Shown in pieces: positions 1 through 8,735 of a stretch of DNA of 64,000 bases. Position 1 is the stretch's first letter, and the number at the start of each line of letters is the position of its first letter. Location of the stretch: sequence record NC_041917.1; one strand, 5' to 3'. The position numbers and the translations under genes are program-made. Under the pieces are notes generated by a model. It was given only the letters and a program-made list of their open reading frames with translations. It was not told the origin of the DNA and made no database searches.

Positions 1-268
1 TATCTTCTCCTGAAGTCGCATAGTACTTCGCACTTTTTGTTCAATCACCTTTTTTCAAAAATGATAACATGAGGTTCAGGAAAATCTCGAAGGTACGTGA
101 AATCAAATACGAATTCTAAAAAATTTGGAGTACCCTCTAGACTTTTGCTGAGATCTCGAAAGTACAAAAAACATATAAGGAAGTGTGAAAATTTTATTGA
201 ATTGAAAAGTACTAAAGTACTATTTTGTACTGTACAAAAACACAGTACAAAAATAATTGAAATAAACC

Positions 269-297
269 TTGACGTGTTACGGGTGCGATGATATGAT
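269..297 (+). promoter_or_regulatory. sigma70-like promoter with no downstream ORF
   Basis: TTGACG(269-274)-17 nt-TATGAT(292-297). Confidence 0.7.
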
Positions 298-303
298 GTA
301 TCC

Positions 304-470
304 AAGATGAAGAACACAGTTAGACACCTCTCTCGTTGACGCTGTATGAATCATCTAGTACTGGTAAATTGCCGAACATGTTGCCGCATGTTATTACTGG
401 TACGAAATGGGAATACCTTATTCCCCTCTCTCTTTCTCGCTATTGTTCAGGAAAGATTTAGTACTGAACG
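304..470 (+). ncRNA. candidate structured ncRNA
   Basis: Follows the promoter; helices 305-310/351-356, 358-367/394-403, 375-380/387-392, 409-415/419-425, 445-450/464-469; no ORF. Confidence 0.4.
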
Positions 471-748
471 TTTGGAAGTAATACTGTACTAATTAGGATA
501 GTACTTTATAATGAGTTCTCATGAAGCACACGCTGGAGAATATATTATAAAGTACTATCCTTTTTTGCATTGTACTATAAGAATAGAAGTACTAATAGAG
601 TACCTTTTGATAGATGGATTTGTTTTGAGGATTGTCTGAATTTTGGGTGTACTATCCCTATCTGCTATCTATAGATGGATAGACTTCTGGCAGTGTAGAT
701 GTATAGATGGTTGAACGTCTAGACAGCTATCCTTCTGGATGGCTAAAT

Positions 749-788
749 GTCTAAACGTCTAGATGGTTATCCCTCTAGACGTTTAGAC
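749..788. repeat. perfect 15-bp inverted repeat
   Basis: GTCTAAACGTCTAGA(749-763)/TCTAGACGTTTAGAC(774-788), 10-nt loop. Confidence 0.95.
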
Positions 789-982
789 GGCTAAACGCTT
801 TTTTGTCTCGATTTTCCATTAGTTCCCCTTCCGCGTCTAGTTAGTACTAGGCAGAATCGAAAGGCGTCTTTTCGTGTTGACAGAGCTATATTATCAAACG
901 GTGATCCATTATGCAAGGACTTTTTTCAATAAAAATAAATTTGACAAGTACAAACCGGATGTAGTACTATAATCACAACAAA

Positions 983-1007
983 GAGAAATTTGTAGCCCAC
1001 AGGGTGC
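983..1007 (+). repeat. promoter-locked element E1
   Basis: GAGAAAT-TTGTAG-CCCACAGGGTGC; promoter TTGACA 941/TACTAT 965-970. Confidence 0.85.
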
Positions 1008-1070
1008 CAAGATCCGCCTATTAGAAATTAAATGCGAATGAGAATCATTACCGATTATAGGTATATCTCC

Positions 1071-1096
1071 GCACCCTCTGGGGTATCCGATTTCTC
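1071..1096 (-). repeat. promoter-locked element E2
   Basis: Minus strand GAGAAAT-CGGAT-ACCCCAGAGGGTGC; minus promoter TTGCAT(1137-1132)-17-TATTAT(1114-1109). Confidence 0.9.
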
Positions 1097-1520
1097 TCGT
1101 CTGAAATAATAATATCAAAGTACGGTATAAGATGCAAGGACTTTTTTCGTTTTTGGTGAAAATAGTTTAGATCGTTGTATACGTATAAAGGAAAGGATTT
1201 AAAAGGCGAACAGGTGGAGCGGGGCGAAGGTATAGCAGTACTATATAAACGCCGTGTAATGGTTCCTATGCGTTATATGGGGGCATGTACACGTATAAAG
1301 GAAAGAAACCCTATAGCAGAACTATTTTTAAAAAGATTGCATAAAGTACTTGCAAAGGTTTACCGGTATGATAATATCTATCTCGTCAACACGACACCGC
1401 TCTTTAACAACTTGCTAGACAATTACTTGATAGTGATTCTTCTCTTTAGAAATAAGGAAAAAGAAAAACAAAAAAGTACTTGACGGCAAGAATGGAAAGT
1501 GTAGAATGTTGGTTATCGAA

Positions 1521-1651
1521 AGGCGGTAAGGTTCGCCGGATGATAGGAAAGGGTAACAGGGCAAAATAAAGTACTGTTGCAGTGTGAAGCCGAAAGTGCT
1601 CACATAGCCTTATAAAAAGCTTACTAACTGTAAGTGACCTATCTACCGCCT
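1521..1651 (+). ncRNA. candidate multibranch ncRNA
   Basis: Promoter TTGACG 1480/TAGAAT 1502; AGGCGGTA 1521-1528 and GATAGG 1542-1547 pair with contiguous CCTATC-TACCGCCT 1638-1651; three internal hairpins. Confidence 0.6.
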
Positions 1652-1785
1652 AACGATGTAACAAAAAAAAGTTTCTAAGAAGTTGAAAAAAGTACTTGAC
1701 GGATAGAAACGAAACGTAGTAATATGTGTTCAAGCCAAACGGCTTACCAAACAAACTAAACTAAACTTTTAAGAGGATTTAAATC

Positions 1786-2448
1786 ATGACTACTACCAAC
1801 AACGCAAAAGCTACCCGTATCACTCTGAACTCTATCGTTTTCGCCAATGCTCCAGTACTGGCAGCGGTTGCCGAAGGTGAACAGCCTCACAGCAAAGAAG
1901 TGATCGCACAGCACAAAACGCAGGTAGCGGAGTTTGTTGCAAATCAGGGTAAAGAACTGGCTGGCTACATTCTCGGCAAAGTTGAAACTCCTGACGTGAT
2001 TCTGGCGATTCTGAAAGAAGCCGCTAAACAGGTTCCAGCAGTACAGAAACAACTGGCAGAAGAAGCCGCGAAAGCCGAAGCCGAAGCCGCAGAACAGCGT
2101 AAAAAAGACGCTGAAGCCGCTGAAGCGAAACGCAAAGCTGATGAAGAAGCACTTCAGGCCGAAAAAGATAAAATGTTGAAAATCCTTACTGATAGCGGTC
2201 TGGATCTGGAAATCGCTCAAACAATGGTCGCCGCTGGCCTGAAAGCAAAAGCACCAGCGAACGCACCGAAAAACAGCTACGAACGTGTAGCGGTAACGGT
2301 GAACGGCAAAGGTTATGATGTTCCAGTACGTGGGAACATGAGCGAAGAACTCAAAGCACTGGTTGCTAAAGACGGCGGGGATCGTGAAGCGTTTATCAAC
2401 AAATACCGCAACGAACCAGCAGCAGCAGAAACCAACACCGCCGAATAA
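1786..2448 (+). CDS. coiled-coil protein with H-NS-like C-terminal half
   Basis: GAGGA SD, own promoter; KMLKILTDSGLD..GLKAKA..VNGKGYDVPVRGNMSEELKALVAKDGGDREAFI parallels H-NS as recalled from memory. Confidence 0.5.
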   Translation: MTTTNNAKATRITLNSIVFANAPVLAAVAEGEQPHSKEVIAQHKTQVAEFVANQGKELAGYILGKVETPDVILAILKEAAKQVPAVQKQLAEEAAKAEAEAAEQRKKDAEAAEAKRKADEEALQAEKDKMLKILTDSGLDLEIAQTMVAAGLKAKAPANAPKNSYERVAVTVNGKGYDVPVRGNMSEELKALVAKDGGDREAFINKYRNEPAAAETNTAE

Positions 2449-2468
2449 TATCACGGCGTAACGCGAAA

Positions 2469-2486
2469 GGGGGCTAACTAGCCCCC
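2469..2486 (+). terminator. GC hairpin after 1786 gene
   Basis: GGGGGC-TAACTA-GCCCCC; weak U-tract. Confidence 0.5.
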
Positions 2487-2578
2487 TAAGCCGTTCTAAC
2501 AGTACTGTAATGCAATCGGTTATAGTACTGTTAAAACGTCTTAGAAACGATCCTACGGCGTTCTACAATACCTTTTAA

Positions 2579-2863
2579 GTGAGAGTAAACGCTATGGAAC
2601 TAAAACCCATTACAGAGTTAATTGATCCTAAGACAAGGATCGCCCGAACGATGAACGCCGTTAGCAGTACTAAACAAGTATATAGCGGCTATCTGGCTTT
2701 TGTTGTAGATGGGAAGATCCTACAACGCAGGATCTATGATATGGCTTATAATAGCCTTTATGATTCCTGTATGTATATAGTACACCAGAAAGTTAACTAT
2801 GCCGTTAATGTATCAGCTAAACCAATTAGCGGGGCGTTTAACGTTGAATCCTTAACTGTATAA
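2579..2863 (+). CDS. hypothetical protein
   Basis: ORF track; start uncertain. Confidence 0.45.
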   Translation: MRVNAMELKPITELIDPKTRIARTMNAVSSTKQVYSGYLAFVVDGKILQRRIYDMAYNSLYDSCMYIVHQKVNYAVNVSAKPISGAFNVESLTV

Positions 2864-2933
2864 AATTTAGTTTTATTCATAAATATTAAAGCCGCATTGA
2901 TTGGCAATGCGGCTTTTTATTATGGATTAAATT

Positions 2934-3350
2934 ATGAGATACAAAAAACCTGAACCTGTACATATTCAAGGAAAATGCGTTATAGATGGATGTGACAATC
3001 TACAGGCAGTAGTTAAGAAAAACAAATACGGGGCAAGATGTAGCAAACATCTTAGGGAATCATGGCAATCTAATGATCCTGAAATTTTCAAGTATCTAAG
3101 CATTAAAAGATTATATGGATTAGAAAAAGAAGACTATATAAAACTACTTGAATCACAAGATTATAAGTGTTACATTTGTGGAACTCATCAAGATGATAGC
3201 AGTAGAGAAGTATTATATGTTGACCATGATCACAGTACTAATAAAATCCGTGGGTTATTATGTCATCATTGTAATACTGGTATAGGAAATTTTAAAGATG
3301 ATCCTGAACTCTTACAACGTGCTATAGACTATTTGAAAAAGAATTCATAA
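2934..3350 (+). CDS. endonuclease VII-family HNH endonuclease
   Basis: CYICG..VDHDH.T.KIRGLLCHHCNTGIGNFKDD signature. Confidence 0.85.
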   Translation: MRYKKPEPVHIQGKCVIDGCDNLQAVVKKNKYGARCSKHLRESWQSNDPEIFKYLSIKRLYGLEKEDYIKLLESQDYKCYICGTHQDDSSREVLYVDHDHSTNKIRGLLCHHCNTGIGNFKDDPELLQRAIDYLKKNS

Positions 3351-3415
3351 AGTACTTGCAATAAGTTTTAAGTACTGTAGAATATCCTATATCGAAACAA
3401 CACGGAGTAAATGAA

Positions 3416-3640
3416 ATGAGATTAAGTAAACTGTTAGCGGAGTTGTCGAAGGTTGCAGAACTTGCGAAAGTACACGGCAACAATGATCCTGATATTTCTT
3501 TTTGGCATGATGAAATTGAAACAATCGAACATTTAGAAGTATCATTCCCGCAAGATCTGGATGATGCCAGAATACCGACTAAAGTACTATCGGAAACTGA
3601 GAAAGGAAACTTTTCATTTAGATTAGTACTACCAGAATAA
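3416..3640 (+). CDS. hypothetical early protein
   Basis: Own promoter, GGAG SD. Confidence 0.75.
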   Translation: MRLSKLLAELSKVAELAKVHGNNDPDISFWHDEIETIEHLEVSFPQDLDDARIPTKVLSETEKGNFSFRLVLPE

Positions 3641-3699
3641 TCTTTACAAAAATGGGGTTGACAGCCAGCCCCAAAAAATGCAATAATACATACAAGCCA

Positions 3700-3725
3700 G
3701 AGAAATGGCGTAACCCACAGGGTGC
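3700..3725 (+). repeat. promoter-locked element E3
   Basis: GAGAAAT-GGCGTA-ACCCACAGGGTGC; TTGACA 3658. Confidence 0.85.
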
Positions 3726-3770
3726 GGAGATCCGTCCGTAGAAAATTCAGTACTTAATAGATATATCTCG

Positions 3771-3796
3771 GCACCCTCTAGGGTATCCGATTTCTC
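3771..3796 (-). repeat. promoter-locked element E4
   Basis: 3771-3800 is 29/30 identical to 1071-1100; minus promoter TTGCTT(3837-3832)-17-CATAAT(3814-3809). Confidence 0.9.
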
Positions 3797-3941
3797 TCGT
3801 ATGTAAGTATTATGCCAGTACTGAGAACATAAAGCAAGGGGTAAACGAAAATAAAAATTAAAATTCAAATGAAAAAGTACTTGCAATAAGTTTTAAGTAC
3901 TGTATACTTACCTTATCGAAACAAATGAAAGGATTTAAGAA

Positions 3942-4334
3942 ATGGAACGTAATGAGCAATTTAGATTAGTTCTTGAAGTACTGGAAAACATGCAAGCTTG
4001 TTTAGATGTTAATGATACATATGTGCGTATCAATGGCAAGAGTTTTAATCTTAATCGACATGCGGGGATCTGCTGGCATGTTCTCGCCTATACTCCTAAT
4101 TGTGATTATTCAGGTATTGGATTAGAATATCTTTCCCCGTTGTTTGTTAGTATGGGCTTACATCCTCATTATCCTGTAGAAATGCAGATCGTTAATGAGT
4201 TAGATCAAGCCCGTTGGATTCATTCAAAAGCAACAGATCAATATAATATCTTGGGCGAAGAAGGAAAGATCCGCCGTAAACTTTTAAAGGATTTGATTCA
4301 GTACTATAAAAAAGAGCTTGCAATTGAATCGTAA
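3942..4334 (+). CDS. hypothetical early protein
   Basis: Own promoter, AAGGA SD. Confidence 0.8.
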   Translation: MERNEQFRLVLEVLENMQACLDVNDTYVRINGKSFNLNRHAGICWHVLAYTPNCDYSGIGLEYLSPLFVSMGLHPHYPVEMQIVNELDQARWIHSKATDQYNILGEEGKIRRKLLKDLIQYYKKELAIES

Positions 4335-4373
4335 TACTGTATAATCTTTTATATCGAAACGGGAGATATAAAC

Positions 4374-4829
4374 ATGAATAGCAAACAATTTCAAGATGCA
4401 ACAAGAGAAGCCTTTTTGAAGTACTTCCCAAATGGCTACATTGGTATTTCTAAATTGTCAATGGGTGGCGGTTGTGGTATCTTCTGCGGGTTGATTGGTG
4501 ACATTAATGATGTGGGCGGGAAGATCCGCATGAATGACCCAATGACAGTACGGGCATTCATTCATGATAATTTTTCATTCAATGACGAAACAACTGATTT
4601 AGAAAATGTTGTTATCGAATTCGATGGATCTTGGATCTCAGTACTTCCAGACAATCCACACAATTATTGTCAATCTCACAAGGTGCCTAGTCGCAAGATT
4701 AACGCGGAGCCGTCAAAGGCATTAATTAATCTAGATAAGTACTTTAAACGCTTAAAGGATAGTGTAACCGAACAAGCTGGATTGAATCGTATTATTCAGC
4801 AAGAAAAGATCCCCGCAAAATATCTATAA
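4374..4829 (+). CDS. hypothetical early protein
   Basis: Own promoter, GGAG SD. Confidence 0.8.
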   Translation: MNSKQFQDATREAFLKYFPNGYIGISKLSMGGGCGIFCGLIGDINDVGGKIRMNDPMTVRAFIHDNFSFNDETTDLENVVIEFDGSWISVLPDNPHNYCQSHKVPSRKINAEPSKALINLDKYFKRLKDSVTEQAGLNRIIQQEKIPAKYL

Positions 4830-4904
4830 TATATTGTCAAAAGTACTTGCATTAAAGTAGCGAGTACTTTACAATAAGTTATCGTTAAGTGAGAGGATAA
4901 AGAA

Positions 4905-5039
4905 ATGTCAAAGATTGAAGCTTACAGAGCTGGACTGTATATGTTTACAGTACCGCCAGTAATAACCAATGCATGGAAAGAAGTTGATTGGATCAATTTT
5001 ATTGATTCTAATGGTAAATGGATGGTTCCTGTAGTATAA
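4905..5039 (+). CDS. small hypothetical protein (44 aa)
   Basis: GAGAGG SD, own promoter; not in ORF track. Confidence 0.6.
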   Translation: MSKIEAYRAGLYMFTVPPVITNAWKEVDWINFIDSNGKWMVPVV

Positions 5040-5059
5040 TTTTAATTGAGGGTTTTACT

Positions 5060-5464
5060 ATGTTTTTACATGTACGCGGTTTTACTGGTGGCGGTTTCTG
5101 CTTTATGATTGATGATAAAGCGGTATCAGTACAAGAAGCATTGATCCAGAATGGTGGACGTTTCCACAAGGCAACAATAAACGCATTGAACAGAAAGAAC
5201 CTTTTTAATGAGTCAGATTTAAAAGCCTTTGAAGAACTGGCAGAATCATTACATAAAGGTTTAACTCCTTGCTCCATTCGTCAAATCCTGCGTAATGATT
5301 ACGGGATCGACGTGTTAAAAACTGATTACCTTATGTTATCATCTTCTCAGGTTGAAGATCTTAAAACTGTTTATAAGTACGCACGTTATAAGGTTCCTAC
5401 TGGTTACGTATTGAAACATTCGCCAATGTACTACTTTTACAGGTATTTGAGCAACGTAAAATAA
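5060..5464 (+). CDS. hypothetical early protein
   Basis: GAGG SD; start moved to ATG 5060. Confidence 0.75.
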   Translation: MFLHVRGFTGGGFCFMIDDKAVSVQEALIQNGGRFHKATINALNRKNLFNESDLKAFEELAESLHKGLTPCSIRQILRNDYGIDVLKTDYLMLSSSQVEDLKTVYKYARYKVPTGYVLKHSPMYYFYRYLSNVK

Positions 5465-5519
5465 TTTAAAAAAGGGGTTGACTACGGTCAGCCCTTTGTA
5501 GTACTATAGTATCACTCCA

Positions 5520-5546
5520 GCGAAATGGACTAACCCTATAGGGTGC
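5520..5546 (+). repeat. promoter-locked element E5
   Basis: GCGAAAT-GGACTA-ACCCTATAGGGTGC; 5514-5592 identical to 15714-15792. Confidence 0.95.
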
Positions 5547-5653
5547 AGTACTGTACCTATAATAAAAATAATTAAAATTCAAATGAAAAAGTACTTGCAT
5601 TAAGTATTGAGTCATGTATAATCATTATATCGAAAGCAAACGAGGGTTTAACG

Positions 5654-5830
5654 ATGGATCATTTAATCGCATTACTTAATGCCTTTTGTATTAAACATGG
5701 GTTAGTACCTGCTAGTGCCGATGAAATGCTAATCGAGTATTTGGGTACTGAAAATCCAGATCCTGCAATTGTTTCATGGTTACAAGCTTATATTGTACTG
5801 TGGGACTGTACAAGTGATTTAGGTTTATAA
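5654..5830 (+). CDS. small hypothetical protein (58 aa)
   Basis: GAGG SD, own promoter. Confidence 0.65.
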   Translation: MDHLIALLNAFCIKHGLVPASADEMLIEYLGTENPDPAIVSWLQAYIVLWDCTSDLGL

Positions 5831-5902
5831 TTAAAATAGTACTTGCAATAATATGTGAGTACTGTATAATTCTTTATATCGAAAACAAACGAGGATTTTT
5901 AA

Positions 5903-6331
5903 ATGAGAACATGTAAAGAGTGTGGTAATGATTGCAAGTTAGATGTAAATGAAATCGTTAACCATTATAACGAAGATGGGAAGATTGATTTTGATTTAGA
6001 TGCGGATCATGTTGCAATTCCTGAATTAACTGACGCCGAAAGTAATATGCAAAATCCAGTACTACAAACGGCATTCAATTTTTCCGGTGATGTACCTTGC
6101 ATTAACTACGGGTTCAATTCTGGCGGTTATGAAAAATTCCAGTACTTTATTTGTGCTGATGGTGGTTGTTTAGGGATCGGGACTGTAATTAATGAGTTCC
6201 ATAAAGTGAACTTTAATGATCCTGATGATAAGCAATGGTATATCGTAGGGGTTGAAGTTAATTACGAAAATACCGAACTGGTAGACGATCACACAGGGGA
6301 TTATATACCAGCAGCGTACAGCGAAGACTAA
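5903..6331 (+). CDS. conserved phage hypothetical protein
   Basis: GAGGA SD; DGGCL..VNYENTEL.DDHTG.YIPAAY pattern familiar from phage hypotheticals. Confidence 0.8.
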   Translation: MRTCKECGNDCKLDVNEIVNHYNEDGKIDFDLDADHVAIPELTDAESNMQNPVLQTAFNFSGDVPCINYGFNSGGYEKFQYFICADGGCLGIGTVINEFHKVNFNDPDDKQWYIVGVEVNYENTELVDDHTGDYIPAAYSED

Positions 6332-6371
6332 ACAAAAGCAACGGGGATCTATGATCCCCTTTTGAGGTTAT

Positions 6372-6635
6372 ATGAATTTACATTATTGTACCAGAAAATT
6401 AGTTGTTGCTTTTGATTGTAGTTCTGATAAAATACATTGTGTAATATACAGAAAGGGAACACCACGCACAGATCACTGGAAAGTACTGCAATCCTATACA
6501 ATGCAACGTAAAGGGTTTAAGCACCTTGATAGCAGGACACAAAAGGCATGTTTACGGCAAGTACTTAAAGTTATGCGTAATCGTATTACACAGGCGTTAC
6601 ATGTTGCATTAACTACCAAGGATATGATAGAATGA
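6372..6635 (+). CDS. hypothetical protein
   Basis: GAGG SD. Confidence 0.7.
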   Translation: MNLHYCTRKLVVAFDCSSDKIHCVIYRKGTPRTDHWKVLQSYTMQRKGFKHLDSRTQKACLRQVLKVMRNRITQALHVALTTKDMIE

Positions 6636-6799
6636 AATATGTAATCTATTATGATCGCAGTACTAAAAGCTGGTGGGGGTACTGGATTGATGAAAATGAA
6701 AATCAGTTAGGTGAAGCTGTTTTTGAATATCAAAAAGAAGATTGCCTGATACTCTTAGGAGAAGTCAAGGAAAATCGTCGGAATTTAATTCAAAAATAA
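6632..6799 (+). CDS. small hypothetical protein (55 aa)
   Basis: ATGA overlap with upstream stop. Confidence 0.6.
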   Translation: MKYVIYYDRSTKSWWGYWIDENENQLGEAVFEYQKEDCLILLGEVKENRRNLIQK

Positions 6800-6853
6800 A
6801 TGAAAAAAGTACTTGCATTCATGTGAGTACTTTTATATAATACTTATATCGAA

Positions 6854-6880
6854 GCGAAATTCGAATTACCCACAGGGTGC
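6854..6880 (+). repeat. promoter-locked element E6
   Basis: GCGAAAT-TCGAATT-ACCCACAGGGTGC; TTGCAT 6813-17-TATAAT 6836. Confidence 0.9.
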
Positions 6881-7028
6881 GGAAGTATATCTATGAAAAA
6901 AAGAATTAAAATTTAAATGAAAAAGTACTTGCATTAGATCGTGGGTATGGTATTATAACTACATCGAGAGGCGGCAATCTCTTGATAATAAAATTAATCA
7001 AATAACTTTTAAGAGAGAGAGAAAGAAA

Positions 7029-7337
7029 ATGTCTAAAGCAAACGCGATAGTATCAATGATCCCTGCAATCCTTCCAATCGGTACTGTAGTAGTTCACAAT
7101 TACGGTGAGTTCACTCATGGTACTATTGTATCTCATGTTGCTGGTGATATGTATGAAGTATTCTTTCCTGTTGAGAACTGCCCACAAACTGCAAAGTACT
7201 TGACAGATGTTAATTCTCGTGTACGTAAAATTCGCTTAAATGCTGGTTTCTTTATCAGCCGCTTTAACTCACTTGCAGCAGTTAAGATCGCACAGAAGAA
7301 GTATAAAAAATCTGGTCTAAAACTGGAAAGCATTTAA
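7029..7337 (+). CDS. hypothetical protein, paralogue of 13449-13781
   Basis: Shared GT.VVHNY..F.HGTI and GFF.S motifs. Confidence 0.85.
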   Translation: MSKANAIVSMIPAILPIGTVVVHNYGEFTHGTIVSHVAGDMYEVFFPVENCPQTAKYLTDVNSRVRKIRLNAGFFISRFNSLAAVKIAQKKYKKSGLKLESI

Positions 7338-7417
7338 TTGTAAAATCATTCACAAAAGTACTTTACTTATATCGTAGAGTACTTTATAATGAAGTTACTA
7401 AGTAAGAGGAAGCAAAT

Positions 7418-7486
7418 ATGAAACGCTGGCATGAAGTACTGTTGTTTGTTTTGTTTATTCTAGTAACTTGTGTAAATTTTAATTGA
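7418..7486 (+). CDS. 22-aa hydrophobic peptide
   Basis: Own promoter, AAGAGG SD; MKRWHEVLLFVLFILVTCVNFN. Confidence 0.5.
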   Translation: MKRWHEVLLFVLFILVTCVNFN

Positions 7487-7496
7487 GAGGTTCAAA

Positions 7497-7736
7497 ATGT
7501 CTTTATATAAAGTAGTAGTGAACTGTATTAGTGTTGGTATGGCTGGATCTCATACTCTGTTAGTATCTGGCGACTTCCCGCATATTAACGAGGCAAGAAT
7601 AGGGATCAATGAGTGGGTGGCTAATGAGTACGCCGGACGCTTAGATGTTAACGTAACATTTTTGAATCATTCAGATCAAATTTATGTTACTGATTTGAAA
7701 TCATCAGATTATGATAAAGTTATTATAATGCGTTAA
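7497..7736 (+). CDS. hypothetical protein
   Basis: GAGG SD. Confidence 0.7.
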   Translation: MSLYKVVVNCISVGMAGSHTLLVSGDFPHINEARIGINEWVANEYAGRLDVNVTFLNHSDQIYVTDLKSSDYDKVIIMR

Positions 7737-7790
7737 CTATATTATCAAAAGTACTTGCAAATAGAAAGCGAGTACTTTATAATGAAGTTA
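7733..7790 (+). promoter_or_regulatory. duplicated early promoter bracketed by two AGTACT sites
   Basis: 58 nt identical to 8362-8419; TTGCAA 7755-17-TATAAT 7778. Confidence 0.9.
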
Positions 7791-7812
7791 CTTTAAGTAA
7801 GAGGATATTGAA

Positions 7813-8061
7813 ATGGAAAATGAAAACATCTTTACAGTTTATGCTTCTGATGCAATAACTCATATTCATCTCATTGATGAAATTGTAAAAAATACGGATG
7901 TAAAAGTATTAGCAGGTAATCCTGATGGATTATACTTTGATAATCCAATGCCGTCTATTACTTACAGTACCAAATTGAGTTATGAAGATTTTAAGAAAGT
8001 ACTGGACAAATCAACCTCATTAGAGTATCATCTTTGTATAGAAGAAGATTGGTATTGTTAA
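7813..8061 (+). CDS. hypothetical protein
   Basis: Own promoter, GAGGA SD. Confidence 0.75.
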   Translation: MENENIFTVYASDAITHIHLIDEIVKNTDVKVLAGNPDGLYFDNPMPSITYSTKLSYEDFKKVLDKSTSLEYHLCIEEDWYC

Positions 8062-8086
8062 TTAACTTTTAAGTGAGATATAATTA

Positions 8087-8365
8087 ATGAAAGCATACGA
8101 ACATAAGACCATGACAGTTGCGGATCTTATTGCTAAACTGGAAAGTACTTATCCGAACAAAAACGCCGTTATCGTTGCGGATCTATGGGACGAAGACGAT
8201 ATTCGTGAAGTAGCACAGGATATTAATATTCAGCTCGACCGCGAAGAATGTCGAGTAGTAGCGGCTTATCTGGATGATACCGCAGATAAGACAAATGGTT
8301 ATAATGATGATAACATTAAGTTAGCCATTTATCAAGTTATTAATTTGGGGCTTATTAATCCTTAA
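8087..8365 (+). CDS. hypothetical protein
   Basis: ORF track, GAG SD. Confidence 0.75.
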   Translation: MKAYEHKTMTVADLIAKLESTYPNKNAVIVADLWDEDDIREVAQDINIQLDREECRVVAAYLDDTADKTNGYNDDNIKLAIYQVINLGLINP

Positions 8366-8455
8366 CTATATTATCAAAAGTACTTGCAAATAGAAAGCGA
8401 GTACTTTATAATGAAGTTATTGAATCGGTACTTATTAACTAAGAGGAAGTATATC

Positions 8456-8659
8456 ATGGCTCAAAAAGATCGTCGTTACTCAATCGCAGCGGAGTTTACT
8501 GGTCACATCTCAGGTAAGAAGCGTCAAGTACTGCGTTTCTGTGGGGCGTGGGTATCGGATCATGCGACACGTCACGAAGCCGAACAAGAGATCGTGAAGT
8601 GGAAAGCCAGCGGTGAAGTGCCAGCGGTTCAATCACAGCGTGTGCTGGTGGAAGCGTAA
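8456..8659 (+). CDS. small conserved phage protein
   Basis: GAGGA SD; start moved to ATG 8456; YSIAAEFTG..VLRFCG. Confidence 0.75.
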   Translation: MAQKDRRYSIAAEFTGHISGKKRQVLRFCGAWVSDHATRHEAEQEIVKWKASGEVPAVQSQRVLVEA

Positions 8660-8735
8660 CACATTATCAAAAGTACTTGCAAACAGAAAGCGAGTACTTT
8701 ATAATGGTTACACTATTAAGCGAGAGGATAACAAA

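Noticed and set aside
45-1603. ORF-track calls 45-317, 97-291, 909-1118, 1175-1483 and 1415-1603
   Set aside because: No SD, biased composition, and overlap with promoters, repeats and structured RNAs; probably spurious.
2492-2549. Extended AGTACT-containing inverted repeat after the 1786 gene
   Set aside because: Partly explained by self-complementary AGTACT abundance and terminator context; no promoter or other support for a separate RNA.
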